A stretch of 64,000 nucleotides of DNA, from assembly GCA_951406725.2 (NCBI GenBank), contig OX597826.1:69068001-69132000 (forward strand), in the 5' to 3' direction. The notes beneath the pieces were generated by a model, which worked only from the letters and a program-made list of their open reading frames with translations, made no database searches and had not been told where the DNA came from. Positions 26,054 through 41,094 of the stretch are shown here, piece by piece; position 1 is the stretch's first letter, and the number at the start of each line of letters is the position of its first letter. The translations under genes were made by a program, and so were the position numbers. The DNA is from Octopus vulgaris. Its lineage: Eukaryota.

Positions 26054-26125
26054 GAAGATAGCGAGAGAGGGAGCGAGAGAAAGAGAGAGAGACACAGACA
26101 GAGATAGAGTGAGAGAGAGAGGGAC
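25925..26125. repeat. (AGAT)n/(AGAC)n/(AG)n microsatellite
   Basis: Direct observation. Confidence 0.95.
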
Positions 26126-26968
26126 AAGAGAAATATAAAAGTGTCCGATGTATAAAAAAATCAGCGGCGAATTAGCGACACCAAACTTGATAGACCGACA
26201 TTTCAATCAGAAAATGTTCATCGCTCAGTAACTTAGAACATTTTGAGGCAAATAAGGAACTAGGTCAATAATTTTGAAGAGTGAGGGTTAGCGAATACCA
26301 TAGTATTTGATTTTTGCTCTATTTAGTCGATTGTGAAAGAATAGAAAAAAAAGTTGATCACAGAACCTTTAAACTAAAACCTGAACGCAGAGGAGAAAAA
26401 AAATTGTCGAAAAAATCTTTGTGGGAGAGACGCTTCAACGGTTCAAGCAGTTTGCAGACCAGGAAACCTCGTGTAAATATCAAGTTATAAATGTTATCAT
26501 GTCATAAATATATAACATGTTATATTTTATTATGATCTCTATTTACAGTCAAGAGAACTGAGACCATATCCTGTTAAGTACCGTTACAATGTGTACAGTG
26601 CAGTCGTGCTGATGTGATATGGCAAACTGTTTGTCCTTTAAGCAGTTGATCATAAGATAATCTATTCCCTCAAACAGCTGACACTTTGCAGTAATAAACA
26701 CTGTTTAGTGACGAGTGGTTTACTTCTTTATAATCTGAGGATTTACATAAGGATTTAAGTTTTTGTCTCAAACGTTTATTGGAGAGAATTTTGTAGAAAT
26801 AGAGATTAACTTCTGATTAGACAATATGGCCGCCGTTTCAATTTTCAGTTGACGGAAAACCACACTTTACAACTTGCATGATTGCTGTTGTTGTTGATGT
26901 TGTAGTTGAGGCTGCTACTGCTGCTGTTTTTATTGCCCTTAGTCTTGATCAATTTCAGTGACGCAGAT

Positions 26969-28402
26969 TTATAATCAAAGACATTCCAACCATGACCATG
27001 ACGTTTATTCAGTCATATCTGTACCAAGCTACATTATCTTAAACATCATTATTGAAAACATCCTCACCTTTTTCATATATATCCAAATACAGAAAGAAAG
27101 TACATGAATCAAAATGGCTGTCGTACCGTTTTGCAAACTAAATAAGAGAACCGTAACTTTGTTTTCTTCTTCCTTTTTCCAGAAAGTTGATTCGATGCAC
27201 ACGCTTCCCTATTGACAATTAATGAATTGAGGACGAAACTATATCTACGTGATATCACAACTTGCTAGAAATTTCAGACCAATGTGTCTTAAATCATAGT
27301 GTAACTTATTTTTGAAAAGAAGGATAGATGGAATGGTGCAGAGCAAGATGAAAAATTAAGCATCTCTAAAGCTTGGATGGTCATGGATGGAATTATTTTC
27401 ATCATCATAGGTCTGCATTATGAGGGCTGACTTTGTATGAAACAGCCATAGAAATAACAACACCCACTTCTAGAGTTCGTGACCGGGATTAAATTGTAGA
27501 TATCAATATTAATTTAAAACCTAGGATGGCCTTGTGAAATAAAGGTCGTGAGTAGCAAAGTCGATAAAACATTCATATTGCTACCTTTTTTATGTCTCTC
27601 TTCTTCCTTGCTACTTTTTATTCTTCTTTTTCTTCTTCTACAGTGAGTTGGATGAAATTTTGTCGAAAGAGATTCTGATTAGACAATGAGTCGCAATAAA
27701 GTTGACAAAGCACTTTCTCATGAATCACTGTTATATGTTACTGGTTTAGTTGAGGAGCGACTGCTGCTACGGTGCCCTTAGAAATAGTGAGAAAGATTAT
27801 AATCAAAGACATTCCAACCATGACCATGACGTTTATTCAGTCATATCTGTACCAAGCTACATTATCTTAAACATCATTATTGAAAACATCCTCACCTTTT
27901 TCATATATATCCAAATACAGAAAGAAAGTACATGAATCAAAATGGCTGTCGTACCGTTTTGCAAACTAAATAAGAGAACCGTAACTTTGTTTCTTCTTCC
28001 TTTTTCCAGAAAGTTGATTCGATGCACACGCTTCCCTATTGACAATTAATGAATTGAGGACGAAACTATATATCTACGTGATATCACAACTTGCTAGAAA
28101 TTTCAGACCAATGTGTCTTAAATCATAGTGTAACTTATTTTTGAAAAGAAGGATAGATGGAATGGTGCAGAGCAAGATGAAAAATTAAGCATCTCTAAAG
28201 CTTGGATGGTCATGGATGGAATTATTTTCATCATCATAGGTCTGCATTATGAGGGCTGACTTTGTATGAAACAGCCATAGAAATAACAACACCCACTTCT
28301 AGAGTTCGTGACCGGGATTAAATTGTAGATATCAATATTAATTTAAAACCTAGGATGGCCTTGTGAAATAAAGGTCGTGAGTAGCAAAGTCGATAAAACA
28401 TT
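26969..28402. repeat. Near-identical ~605-bp duplication 26969-27573 / 27797-28402
   Basis: The differences I could see are 1-2 nt indels in homopolymer/dinucleotide runs; spacer is mosaic. Confidence 0.9.
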
Positions 28403-29544
28403 GAAATGAATAACATAATTTATTTATTCCTACTCTCGGCACTCTGAGTTCGAATCCCACCGAGGTCAGTTTTTTTGCTGCGATATTTCTCGGACAGTAA
28501 ACAACTAAAATATCAGTCAAAATATTTTCTTCTTTTTCTTCTTCCTTCTGCTCTTTCTTTCTCCTCTCTTCCTTCTTCCCGTTCACCTTCATCATCTCCA
28601 CATTCTCCTTCACCTTCTTTTCACCCTCTTTTTATGCTACCTTTTTCTTTCTCTGTCTCTCTTCTATCCCTCTCCTCCTCCTTCTCTCTCATTCTTCTTC
28701 TCCCCCCTTCTCTCTCCCTCTATTCCAGTCTTCAACGTTGCGCCATGCGAAATGTCGCAAAGGACCGCTAATAGTCTCCCATTCGCCAGAAATGGAGTCG
28801 CAATAAATCTTTGTCAAAGCATTTCTCATAGTTAATCACTTATCTGCTGGACGCTGATGCACATATGAAAATGAGACTGCCATACGGAAATAGAAGAAAG
28901 AAGAAGAAAGAAGACATACTGTTGAAATTTAAACGGTTTCAGGTATATTGCCACCCGAGAATTTAAATAATTAATGAAAGAATATACTTTATAATATTAA
29001 GTTTTCTCTTGTTAGGTTCAGGACTAAATGTTGCTCGGTTGAACGGAGATATGGGTGTTTGATTCTCTTTCACTCTCCACCATCCCCTCTCAACTGTCTC
29101 TCACTATTTCTCTCTCTCTTTCTCTCTCTTTCTCTCTCCCAGCTATCTTATTCCTAACGGTTTTGTGACTATAATTACCATTAATACATTGGGGGCGATT
29201 CAGTAGGCTATCTACCCCATCGCCGGTGAAAATTTTGGCCTCCTTCCGAATCAGAAGAAATCAATATTTTTCTAAATTCTAGACAGATATTTGGCCTCTA
29301 GTTATTGATGAAATAAACTCTATGTATTATTCATTGCATAAATATAGAGGACATTGAATGTAAAAACCGGTGGAGCAACAGATAAACATTCTTGTGCTAT
29401 TTTTAGTTACAGCTTCTTATGTTCGGAATTCTTCGTTCAAATCCTGTTCAGGCTTTATAAAATATACCATCTGTCTCATGCGCTCAGTAATTTCTGATAT
29501 TAAGGCGTTGATTAAGAAGGCGAACTGGCATTTCATTCCTTGTT

Positions 29545-30070
29545 TTGGTCTCGGTTCAAATTCCGCCGAGGTCGATTTTACCTTTTATCCTGTCAGGTTC
29601 GATAAATTAATTACCAGTTGAACACTGTGGCGGGTAGGGGGGCAATGTACTCGACTTAACCTCTCCCCAAAACCTACTGGTCTTGTGCCAAAATTTGAAC
29701 CCAATATTAAGACGGCGTTCTGGAAGAATCTTTAGTATACCGGGGAAAATGCATTGCGGCATTACGTCCGTCTTCATGGTCAGAGTTCAGATTCCCGCAG
29801 CGTCAAATTTGCTTTTCATCTTTTCAGGGTCGATAAAATATGTACTAGTTGGGTACCGAGATTGATGTAATCGACATACTCTTCCTCTGAAATTGCTGGC
29901 CTTGTGCTAATATTTGAAAACAATAATTTGTAATATCGTTTACTTTCGAGACGGTCAACTGACAGAATCTTTAGTACGTGGGGTAAAATGCTTAGCAGTA
30001 TTTCGTCTGCCTTTACGTTGTGAGTTCAAATTCTGCCAAGCTCGACTTTGACTTACATCTTTTCGGGGTC
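29545..30070 (+). mobile_element. Three decayed SINE family C copies in tandem
   Basis: GTTCAAATTCCGCCGAGGTCGA-like segments at ~29555, 29785, 30025. Confidence 0.8.
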
Positions 30071-30879
30071 CATTAATCCATGAAGCGTTAGGATTAGCAC
30101 TTATATAGCATGGACTGCTGAGCACATTTTATGAAAATGAGACTGCCATACACACATAAAGAACAAAAAATAGTTAAAATATCTTCTTGGTATATAATGG
30201 TGGAAAGTTTTACAACATCTGAAAAATAATTAGCTGAACTATTAGTCCTCTTGCATTCTGGGGAGTAACGGAGCGTTTGGGTGATATTAGACTCCAACAA
30301 ACACCCATAAAGTGAATGCATCTACCTGGGCCAAGATCGTGGCCTGTCAACTTGTGACTGACGGTCAAGATCGTCGCCCGTCCCGCTTTGTATTAATAAA
30401 GAACCAACTGATCAATGGAGTCCACCACAATCCCCTGAAAATTGCCTTCATTGGGCCAAAATTTGTAACTAATATTACAAAACCTCAAACTTTTGCTTCC
30501 CATCTAAGAAATCTCTGTTAGACTAACGTACGTACAGTGGCGTTAGAAAGAGCAGATAAATGCATAAGGTAATTGCATTTAAGTATTGACTTAAATCTCA
30601 AGGTAGTTCAAATTGCTTTTAATCCTTTCGGATTCAGTCATTTAGTGATCCTAAACAATATTTGCTCTTGTGCAAATAATTGCATCAGGGTTTGTCACAA
30701 TTTTACGAAATATATCAGGAAAGTTAGCAATTTTAGGAAAGGAGAAATTCTATCACATTCACCTCATAACTTGACTAGTACTTTCTATTATCCACACCAA
30801 ATGGTGTGGGTATTTGAACTCATACATATAGTGTTGGCTGTGTTGTTCTATCTTCCTCCCCACTGCATGGCACCTTCAC

Positions 30880-30957
30880 AGGTACCTTCCACTATAGCTT
30901 CGGACTGACAAAAGCCTTGTGAGTTGATTTAGTGAACGGAAGCTGAAAGAATCCCGT

Positions 30958-30960
<3 letters not shown>
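30880..30960 (+). mobile_element. SINE family A fragment
   Basis: ACTATAGCTTCGGACTGACAAAAGCCTTGTGAG...CTGAAAGAA. Confidence 0.7.
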
Positions 30961-31004
<44 letters not shown>

Positions 31005-31379
31005 GTTTCACTCACAATGTATTGTTTATGGCTGCAGTAGAAGATACTTCCCCGAAGGTGTTACGCAAGGTGACTGGATCGGAAACCACATATTTGGCAA
31101 CGAATTTCTAAGCCACATGGCCATGTCTGCGAACTTTCAATATCTTGACCAGGTTCTACGTTGTATTCTTGATCAAAAAGCTTCATCTCATGTTGCGCTG
31201 CTATCACTTCGACACCTGACGTGTGTATCTGTTCAGGCAACGTTGATCAGATGCAGAGGAGTGACAGAACTGGTACTTAATTTATTAATCTCAAAAGGAT
31301 AAAGGGTATAGTAGAAGCAATAGAGGAAGACACCCATGAAGGTGCCATGCAGTGGGGCTGAAGCTAGACAACACAACCA

Positions 31380-31431
<52 letters not shown>

Positions 31432-31433
<2 letters not shown>

Positions 31434-32345
31434 TAAATTGAACTCAGAACATAACGGCAGACGAAATACCTATTTCTATTTCTTTACTACCCACCAGAGG
31501 CTAAACACAGAGGACAAACAAGGACAGACAAACGTAACTGGTACTCAATTTATCGACCCCAGAAAGGACGAAATCGACCCGAAAGGACGAAAGTCAACCT
31601 CGGCGGAATTTGAACTCAGAACCTAACGGCAGACGAAATACCTATTTCTTTATTGCCCACAAGAGGCTAAACATAGAGGGGACATACAAGGACAAACAAG
31701 GCAGACGAAATACCTATTTCTTTACTATCCACAAGGGGCTAAACACAGAGAGGACAAACAAGGACAGACAAACGGATTAAGTAGATTATATCGACCCCAG
31801 TGCGTAACTGGTGCTTATGTAATCGACCCCGAAAGGATGAAAGGCGGAATTTGAACTCAGAACGTAGCGGCAGACGAAATACCGCTTAGTATTTCACCCG
31901 GTCTGCTAACGATTCTGCCAGCTCGCCGCCTTTTTAAATTCCTAAACGGATTAAGTCGATTACATCGATCCCAGTGTATAACTGATACTTAATTTATCGA
32001 CCCCGAAAGGATGAAAGGCAAAGTCAACCTCGGTGGAATTTGAACTCAGAAGGTAACGGCAGAAGAAATACAGCTAAGCATTTCGCCCGGCGTGCTAACG
32101 TTTCTGCCAGCTCGCCACCTTCGTAAAGACAAACGAAATATCGCTAAGCATTTCCTCCGGCGTGCTAAAGTTTCTGCCAGCTCGTCACCTTAAAATTGAG
32201 TAATATTCTTTTCTTTTTCCTACTCAATCACAAGGCCCAAAATTGGGAGGGGGAGAGCAGTCAATTAGATCGACCACAGTATGCAACTGGTACTTGATTT
32301 ATCGACCCACGAAAGGATGAAAGGCAAAGTCGACCTCGGCGAAAA
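31432..32345 (-). mobile_element. Complex SINE family C cluster
   Basis: Multiple heads (ending ~31931, 32119, 32190) and tandem body units. Confidence 0.9.
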
Positions 32346-32454
32346 CTGAGTAATATCACGACAGGTTGGCGTCACGTCGAGTGGGTAATATATATGTCCA
32401 CAGAATTTCGAAGACTACTCATGAGCCTTAGTGCACGAGAAGGGTTACCCTTTC

Positions 32455-32658
32455 TCTTTTACTCTTTTACTTGTTTCAGTCATTTGACTACGGCCATGCT
32501 GGAGCACAGCCTTTAGTCGAGCAAATCGACCCCGGGACTTATTCTTTGTAAGGTCAATACTTATTCAATCGGTCTCTTTTGCCGAACCGCTAAGTTAGGG
32601 GGACGTAAACACACCAGCATCGGTTGTCAAGCAATGCTAGGGGGACAAAAACAGACAG

Positions 32659-32701
<43 letters not shown>

Positions 32702-32867
32702 CATATATACGACAGGATTCTTTCAGTTTCCGTCTACCAAATCCACTCACAAGGCATTGGTCGGCCCGGGGATATAGCAGAAGACACTTGCCCAAGATGC
32801 CACTCAGTGGGACTGAACCCGCAACCATGTGGTTGGTTAGCAAGCTACTTACCACACAGCCACTCCT
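32455..32867 (-). mobile_element. SINE family A
   Basis: Reverse complement of 2357-2796. Confidence 0.92.
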
Positions 32868-33186
32868 TCACTTTTTGTATTTGTTTAATTTTATATTATT
32901 TTAAAAAAAATTTCTTAAAATATGTACCTCGCTTCTCAACAAACATCGTTACTCAAATGCATGCAACCATTGGCACGGTACACGAAAGTTGGCCAACAAG
33001 GCTTTGTTGGAAGCAGTGTTAACTGCATTATTTTGAATTCCTATGAATATTTTAATCATATGAAATATATTTATTTAAAAACTGACGATCGATGCCAAGA
33101 TATCACCGTGAAAACATGACAGATTGTATTTTCGCAGTAAGACTGAGTAAGTTGCTGTAGATGAGTGACACATCCACATCAATATA

Positions 33187-33317
<131 letters not shown>

Positions 33318-33393
33318 TATATTCATATATATACATATATACATATATATATACATATATACATATATATACATATATATGCACATATTCTTT

Positions 33394-33428
<35 letters not shown>

Positions 33429-33472
33429 ATGTATATAAACTCACATACATACGCATGCACATACATATAGAT

Positions 33473-33515
<43 letters not shown>

Positions 33516-33660
33516 GATATAGATATAGATATATATGTATATATATAAATGTATATATATATATATAAGTATATATAAATGTGCGTATATATATATGTGC
33601 TTATAAACGCATATATACGTGCACATTAAAATATATATGCGTAGTGTGTTGCCTTTATGT

Positions 33661-33713
<53 letters not shown>

Positions 33714-33970
33714 TGCATGTGTGTGCATGCATGTAGCTGTGTGTGTGTGTGTGTGTGCATGTAGCTGTGTGGCCGTGAAGATAGAAGCTAAGTGTTTACT
33801 CTCATTCAGAACTTCAAAGTAATAAATGTTTGTAAGAATTAATCATATAGAAAGCTGCTTGTTTTCTCTACAGACATACTACAATTATATTTTATGCTCT
33901 TTACTTTGGAGGGAGAGAAAAACACTTGTGCAAATGAAAACGTATTTAAGAATTTGATATCTATACATAC

Positions 33971-34004
<34 letters not shown>

Positions 34005-34454
34005 ATATATACATGTATGGATGTATATGTACTTATATAAGTACCTGTTTATGTTCCTATATATATATATATATATATATATGCGACGGGAGAACGATGG
34101 ATAAAGAGAAGATGTACGTATAAGAAATTTTGCAAAATGTGCGTTTATGCGCATGAACGGGTTTTTCATACCGACTTACAATTCACACTCTATTTACACA
34201 CACAGGCTTGTATTTCTTTGTATGTATGTATGTATGTATGTATGTATGTATGTATGTATGTATGTATGTATGTATGTTTGTATGTATCTATGTATTTATG
34301 TATGTATGCATGTATGTATGTGCGTGTGAATGAATTTATGTATTTAACTATTTATGCGTGTATGTGCATATCAATGTAAGCGTGTATTTTTCACATGTAA
34401 TTTATATATCGGTTAAACATACAATAAACATTTATGTAATATGCATATATTTGT

Positions 34455-34507
<53 letters not shown>

Positions 34508-34597
34508 AGTGTGTGTATTTATAGGTTCAAATATATCTATCTATATATATTTATATTTAATTTAGGTATGTGTGTATAAAACAGATAGATAAATTCC

Positions 34598-34645
<48 letters not shown>

Positions 34646-34856
34646 AATCCACCTGTCAGTGTATGTGTGTGTATATGTGGTTGTGTTTCTGTGTGTGTAT
34701 GGCTGTATACACAAGCATACAGGCATGCACACGGGTTGCAGCTTCTTTGTGGATGTAAGCGTCTATTTTTGTTCTGACAATCTGTATGTTTATCGCAATC
34801 ATTTTTAAGCATCGCACACTGACACATGCACCATGTATACGCGTACGAATATGCCT

Positions 34857-34959
<103 letters not shown>

Positions 34960-35015
34960 ATGAATCTATTCTCCTTTGTTGTATATAATTACCCCATATC
35001 TAACTATATGTACAT

Positions 35016-35071
<56 letters not shown>

Positions 35072-35150
35072 TATCTTTGTTGTGTGCAATTACAGAAGAT
35101 CTAACAATGTGTGTGAGCATGTGTTTATATGCATACGTACACACACATAC

Positions 35151-35276
<126 letters not shown>

Positions 35277-35833
35277 GTACATATATATATATATATAAAT
35301 ATCCTCGCATACACAGATGTGTATGTCTTTTACTATATGTGTTTAACTATTATGCATAATTATTGTGCAACAGGGCCTTTGTATCATCCCAGTGTGTGTG
35401 ATGATAATAATAATTGTGGATGCGATTATCCAACACAAAACATATTAAATGCTATGGTCTGTGTGTTTCATCAGAATTTCAGATGCTGGGATAATGTTCT
35501 TTGTACGTCTAAGTATTTGTGCTCATATAAGAAGTGCGTGTTTGTGTAAAGTGCGTGGTTTGTATAACAGACTATCTTTGTGTGAATGTGTGTATGTGGG
35601 TCTATAATTATATTTCTGTTTGTGCAATTATATATGCAAATCCGAAACTATTATATAGATTATGTGTGTGTGTGTCTGTGTGTGTGTTGGTGAACATTTA
35701 GATATATTTGTGTGGTAATTCATAAACAATCCCGCCTGCACACACACATCGACACACACAGATGTACGTATATGTGTTAGGCATACCCATGCACCCATAC
35801 ACACACACATATATATAAAAATACACATGCACA

Positions 35834-35873
<40 letters not shown>

Positions 35874-35960
35874 TACTTGCATACATGCATATATACATAT
35901 ATATACATCTATCTATTTATTTATCTATCTATCTATATCACTCTCTGTCTGTCTATATAC

Positions 35961-36037
<77 letters not shown>

Positions 36038-37294
36038 CATATGAATTTAATCAATATGTATATTTAGCATTTACATACATCTATAAATATACATACCCAC
36101 ATTCGTATACATATTTATATATGTTGTGAGGGAGGGAGAGAGAGATAGAGAAAGAAAGAGGGAGAGAAAGAGCTAATGACGTAACTGTTTTGATACAGAG
36201 ACACATGTGGATGTATATGCGCATATATATTTACTTTTGCGTATATATAAATATGTGAGGATGTGTATGCGTGCGTTTCTTGACTTTGTTTTGAAACCAT
36301 CTGATGGTAGTATGTATTTTGATAGGGGGGAGAGGAGAGAGGAGAAGAAAATGAGAAGGCGGAGAAGGAAAATTAATAGAAGTTCATAAATACGATAATA
36401 GTGGGAGGAAAAGAAGGAAAGTGACTCGAGTGATTGAGTGAATGAGTGAGTGAGTGACTGTGTGACTGAGTGACTGGGTAAGTGAGTGAGTGAGTGAGTG
36501 ACTGGGTGAGTGAGTGAGTGAGAGAGTGTGTGTGTGTGTGTGTGTGAGTCAGTCAGTCAGTCACTTCGTTAGGGAGTGTGTTAGGGAGAAAGAGAAGGGG
36601 AGGAGGGAGAGAGAGCGGGGGGAGAGGGAGGGGAGTCAGAGAGAGGAGGGAGAGAGTGAAAGAGAGAGGTGGAAGGATGAAGAGAGGGAGGCAACGAGGG
36701 AAAGGGAGAGGGCGCAATGGAAGAAGGGCTAAGAAACGTATGGTGGGACGAAGGGACGGGTGGATTGATGGAGTGTATGTGCATTAGTGGAGTTTTGATT
36801 GATTGATTGATTGATTGAGTGAGTGAGTGAGTGAGTCTTACAATCTCATACACGACTTCACATTTATTTCGTAGTTGACGGAGTTTGCAAGAGTGTGTGT
36901 GTGTGTATGTGTGTGTGTGTGAATGCGTAACTGAGTGTGTTAGTGATTAACTGAGTGAGTGAGAAAGATATAGTGAAGTAATGTGTGAGATTCAGTTGGT
37001 GATAGGAAAAAATAGGGATGTTTTCATAGACAGAATATTTAATGCACCGAAGAAGAGAGATAAATAGCATAGACAGGATTTAGGTCAAATATGAAATTAT
37101 TTATTTATAATATATAGTAATTTATGAACTATTGTAATGGATTATGCTAATGTCTTTCTTTTACGTGATGGTTAAGGAGTTGATTTTGGAAAATACAAGA
37201 AGTTAATCGCATGAAATGAATATCGAAAGGTACTTTTTACTGCAAACACCGCAAACTTTTATGGAGGATATCACCGCCACATTGAAAAAAAATA

Positions 37295-37452
37295 GGCGTA
37301 GGAGTGGCTGTGTGGTAAGTAGCTTGCTTACGAACCACATGGTTCCGGGTTCACTTGGGCAAGTGTCTTCTACTACAGCCTCGGGCCGACCAAAGCCTTG
37401 TGAGTGGATTTGGTAGACGGAAACTGAAAGAAGCCCGTCGTATATATATATG

Positions 37453-37485
<33 letters not shown>

Positions 37486-37700
37486 ATGTGTGTATATGTT
37501 TGTGTTTGTTCCCCCAAAATCGCTTGACAACCGATGCTGGTGTGTTTACGTCCCCGTAACTTAGCGGTTCGGCAAAAGAGATCGATAGAATAAGTACTAG
37601 GCTTACAAAGAATAAGTCCTGGGGTCGATTTGATCGACTAAAAAGGCGGTGCTCCAGCTTGGCCACAGTGAAATGACTGAAACAAGTAAAAGTGTAAAGA
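37295..37700 (+). mobile_element. SINE family A (B-box region partly deleted)
   Basis: Homology to 2357-2796; junction GGGTTCA|CTTGGGCAAG. Confidence 0.92.
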
Positions 37701-38989
37701 GTACCCGTTACGTTAAATAAGCAGCCGGCTACATAACAAAAGGGAAACGAAAAAAGGTTTCGTTAGCAAATTCGATGAAATATTTCAGTACAGACAACGC
37801 CAGAGGGAAGCGTAGGAAATGATGCAGTGTGTAATACAGGAACAGATTAGAACATTCCGGCTTGGAATTGGACAAGAGCGAGTACAAACAACCAATCAGA
37901 GCAGGTCATTAAGGATTTTGGTCATATTCAAGCAAATCCCTTAAATGATGCCAAAGAGGGATTGACATCGATGCTAAGCTCCGTGAGGGACTAACACTGA
38001 CAACTGTGGATTAGCAGGAAAATTCAAGGCGTGATGTTATCAGAATAGTTTTGATTTTCCTGGTCCATTGAGTAAATCCAAGTGCTTCGTATACTGCTGT
38101 GAAAGATAAAGGGATTAGGAAAGTGAGCGAAGAAGATTTTATGAATGTGATATTGCGTGTAGCTATACTCCACACGAATTGGGCTGTAAAACTTCAATTA
38201 TCTCCAACATCGCTGATAGAATCGTTGAGATGAGAAAATATTATACTGTTGGATTCTGAGGGATCAAATTTCCGTTCGTATCAATCCGTAGTTTTGATAC
38301 AAAGGAAACTGAATTGGAGAAACGTTGTTGAAATAGCGGAGACCAGCCTGGAAAGGAACGAGTTAACTGGATATAAACATGATACCCCAATTAGAGTGGT
38401 ACAAATGAAAAGAAGAGGCATCTCTTCAGAATTACAAAAGAAAACTGGATATTGCAACGTGAGTAAATTTATCAAATTACAGAAGCACATCCAGAAACAA
38501 AAATGATACAGTGAGGAAGTTAATGTAGATGGGCGTCAGAAGAAGCCGCAAAGAGAAGGAATCTATCGGGGACGTATGAAGAATAAAGGCATCCAGTGTT
38601 CGATTCTTCCTGAGATCATACTATAAGTTTTATTTCTGGCTAATAATAAACAATAGCCAGGATTGACATCATCTAGTAATACATGGCTCGCATGTATCAC
38701 TAGACCAATCTTCTGACAGCCTCCCTAACAAAATATGCATAGTGACACATCCAAGATTGAAAATTCGTGCTAATGCACAAGATTAACGACTCAGAATCAG
38801 TAAGTCAATAAGAATCCAGATTAGGCTGAATATAATGCTTTTGTATAGGCAAAAGGACAAGCTCCAGGTTTCTGAATAGTGTTTATCATTTCAAAGTACG
38901 AGTAGTGTTAAAGAAGGCGTTTTTACGGTCAAGCTTTATTGCAATGTTAAACTATGTTCTGATTTTCTCTTGTCTTGTCTTGAGACAGC

Positions 38990-39240
38990 ATTCACCTGGG
39001 GTGGGTTGAGCTGGCTTAATTCATCCTCAATGCTGCATCACTCACAAACACCGACCAGGCCTGGCGATTTGAGGTTAAAGACCGCGTGATCTCCAACCAT
39101 TCCTTATTCCAGCGGCGAACGCCGTAGACATGGGGGCCTAGGTTGGGTTCCAGATCAGCCTTGACTGTCATCAGCCAGGTTTTTCGTTGTCCAACACATC
39201 GCTTTCACCAACCCTGAAGGGGAGCTGGGGCAACTGCTTC
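38990..39240 (-). mobile_element. RTE-clade LINE 3' fragment
   Basis: Minus strand translates APLQGW*KRCVGQRKTWLMTVKADLEPNLGPHVYGVRRWNKEWLEITRSLTSNRQAWSVFV, a typical RTE C-terminus. Confidence 0.8.
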
Positions 39241-39610
39241 TGATTTTCTGATAGAGTTTAACCTCAGAATATTAAATGCTCTGCGATTATATAGTTAACA
39301 GTTCCTTGGGAAGACAATTAAGAATTTGGTACAGAAAAAGAAGGCTTTAAAAAATAATTGGAGGCGCGTGAGGCACGAAGATGACAGTGTTCAATATTTC
39401 TGGTGAAAGAAAGTGTGTTCTTAGTAATATATGCAATATTCTGGCTAGCCAGAATGGACATGAGGAGAAAAACCAAAGAAGTAGAGGATCAACTGAAGAG
39501 AGATGCAAACAATGTCTCGTAATGGATAAAGCCAATATATGTAGACGTAAGACTAAAGCTGAGAGTTCAAATTCGCACTGATTATTAAAATGATAAATAC
39601 CAGGCTACAA

Positions 39611-39841
39611 GGCGGCGTGCTGGCAGAACCGTTAGCACGCCGGGCGGAATGCTTTGCAGAATTTCGTCCGTCGCTGCGTTCTGAGTTCAAATTCCGCCGA
39701 GGTCGACTTTACCTTTCATCCTTTTGGGGTCGATAAACTAAGTACCAGTTACGCACTGGGGTCGATGTAATCGACTTAATCCGTCTGTCTGTCCTTGTGT
39801 GTCTCCTCTGTGTTTAGCCTCTTGTGGGCAATAAAGAAATA
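39611..39841 (+). mobile_element. SINE family C, single full unit with probable TSD
   Basis: Head GGCGGCGTGCTGGCAG, B box GAGTTCAAATTCC; GATAAATACCAG duplicated at 39592-39603 and 39842-39853. Confidence 0.9.
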
Positions 39842-40804
39842 GATAAATACCAGATGCTACTGGTTGTTAATGTAGTTGCATATACGGCTTGAGTAACAGT
39901 TTACAAAGCTGTTGGTTATAGAATCTTAATATTCTTTGGTGCTTCCAAATCTGCCACACAGCACTAAAGGTATAGATACTGCTGGGAGATATTTGAAACC
40001 GTTGTAGTCGCCATTCAACAGGTGTTAAAGAGTATTCCTCATTCCATTCTGGAATATAGAAAAAATGTGAGAAAATTTTTAGTTTTATTCCCTCTTTAAC
40101 AATACTCTCTGAAGAACATAAGTTATAAACAGTAACATCATTAAATCCCCAGAGATTGCATAACAAACAAAAAATCTTACGATAGCGTGCAGACGGCTCT
40201 TATAGTATCAACAAACGTAACAACTGTATCGAAATGGGGCTAAGGATTGGCATATGTGTGTGAGAGAAGAGAGAGAGTGTGTGTGTGTGCGCGTGTGTGC
40301 GTGCGTGTGAGTAAATGTGTGAGTGAGTTCGTGCGTGGTTGTGAATGTGTGCGTTTATTTATGTATGTGCGTGAGATTAGTCTTCCATTTGACAGTTAAT
40401 AATGAATTGATGTAGTACTTATTACAATTATGACCTAGGCACAGGCTTTGCTTCCTACATAAATATGCTGTCGATCGGACTACACATCAGCGACCACATT
40501 GCACGTCATTTTTTTTTATTGCGATCTTTTCTTTCATAAAGGTATTTTGAGTGGTTCCTTCAAATCTCTTGTCTACCACTTGATAACGGGAACGACGCCT
40601 CTTCTTATCTTGGAGCCTTTCAGCGAAACCCATCAGAACTTGCGCTTTCGGTTATTCCACGAACCCATCGTTCGCTCTATTCCTTCCAGGAATTAACTCG
40701 CTTCGTATGAACTCCAGCAGTTATGTCCGAAACTGCATCTTTTCGTGACTCTCTCTTTCTCCCTCTCACTTTCCCATTCTCTTTCTGTCTATCTATATAT
40801 CTAT

Positions 40805-40836
<32 letters not shown>

Positions 40837-40988
40837 ATGTATATATACATATCTGTCTATCTATCTTTCTCTTTCTCTCTCTCTCCCTCTGTAATATACA
40901 TATATATATATATATAAACATCTGTGGGTGTGTCCGTGTGTATGTGTGTGTTTACATGTATATGCATATATATATATATATATATATG

Positions 40989-41021
<33 letters not shown>

Positions 41022-41037
41022 ACACGTACATGCATGC

Positions 41038-41094
<57 letters not shown>

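Noticed and set aside
28730-28900. Possible minus-strand terminal exon (..SLIFICASASSR*)
   Set aside because: Too short, no partner exons found, and it lies in the mosaic region.
37760-38600. Possible decayed transposase or RT
   Set aside because: Coding-like composition, but I could not identify a diagnostic motif; needs BLASTX.
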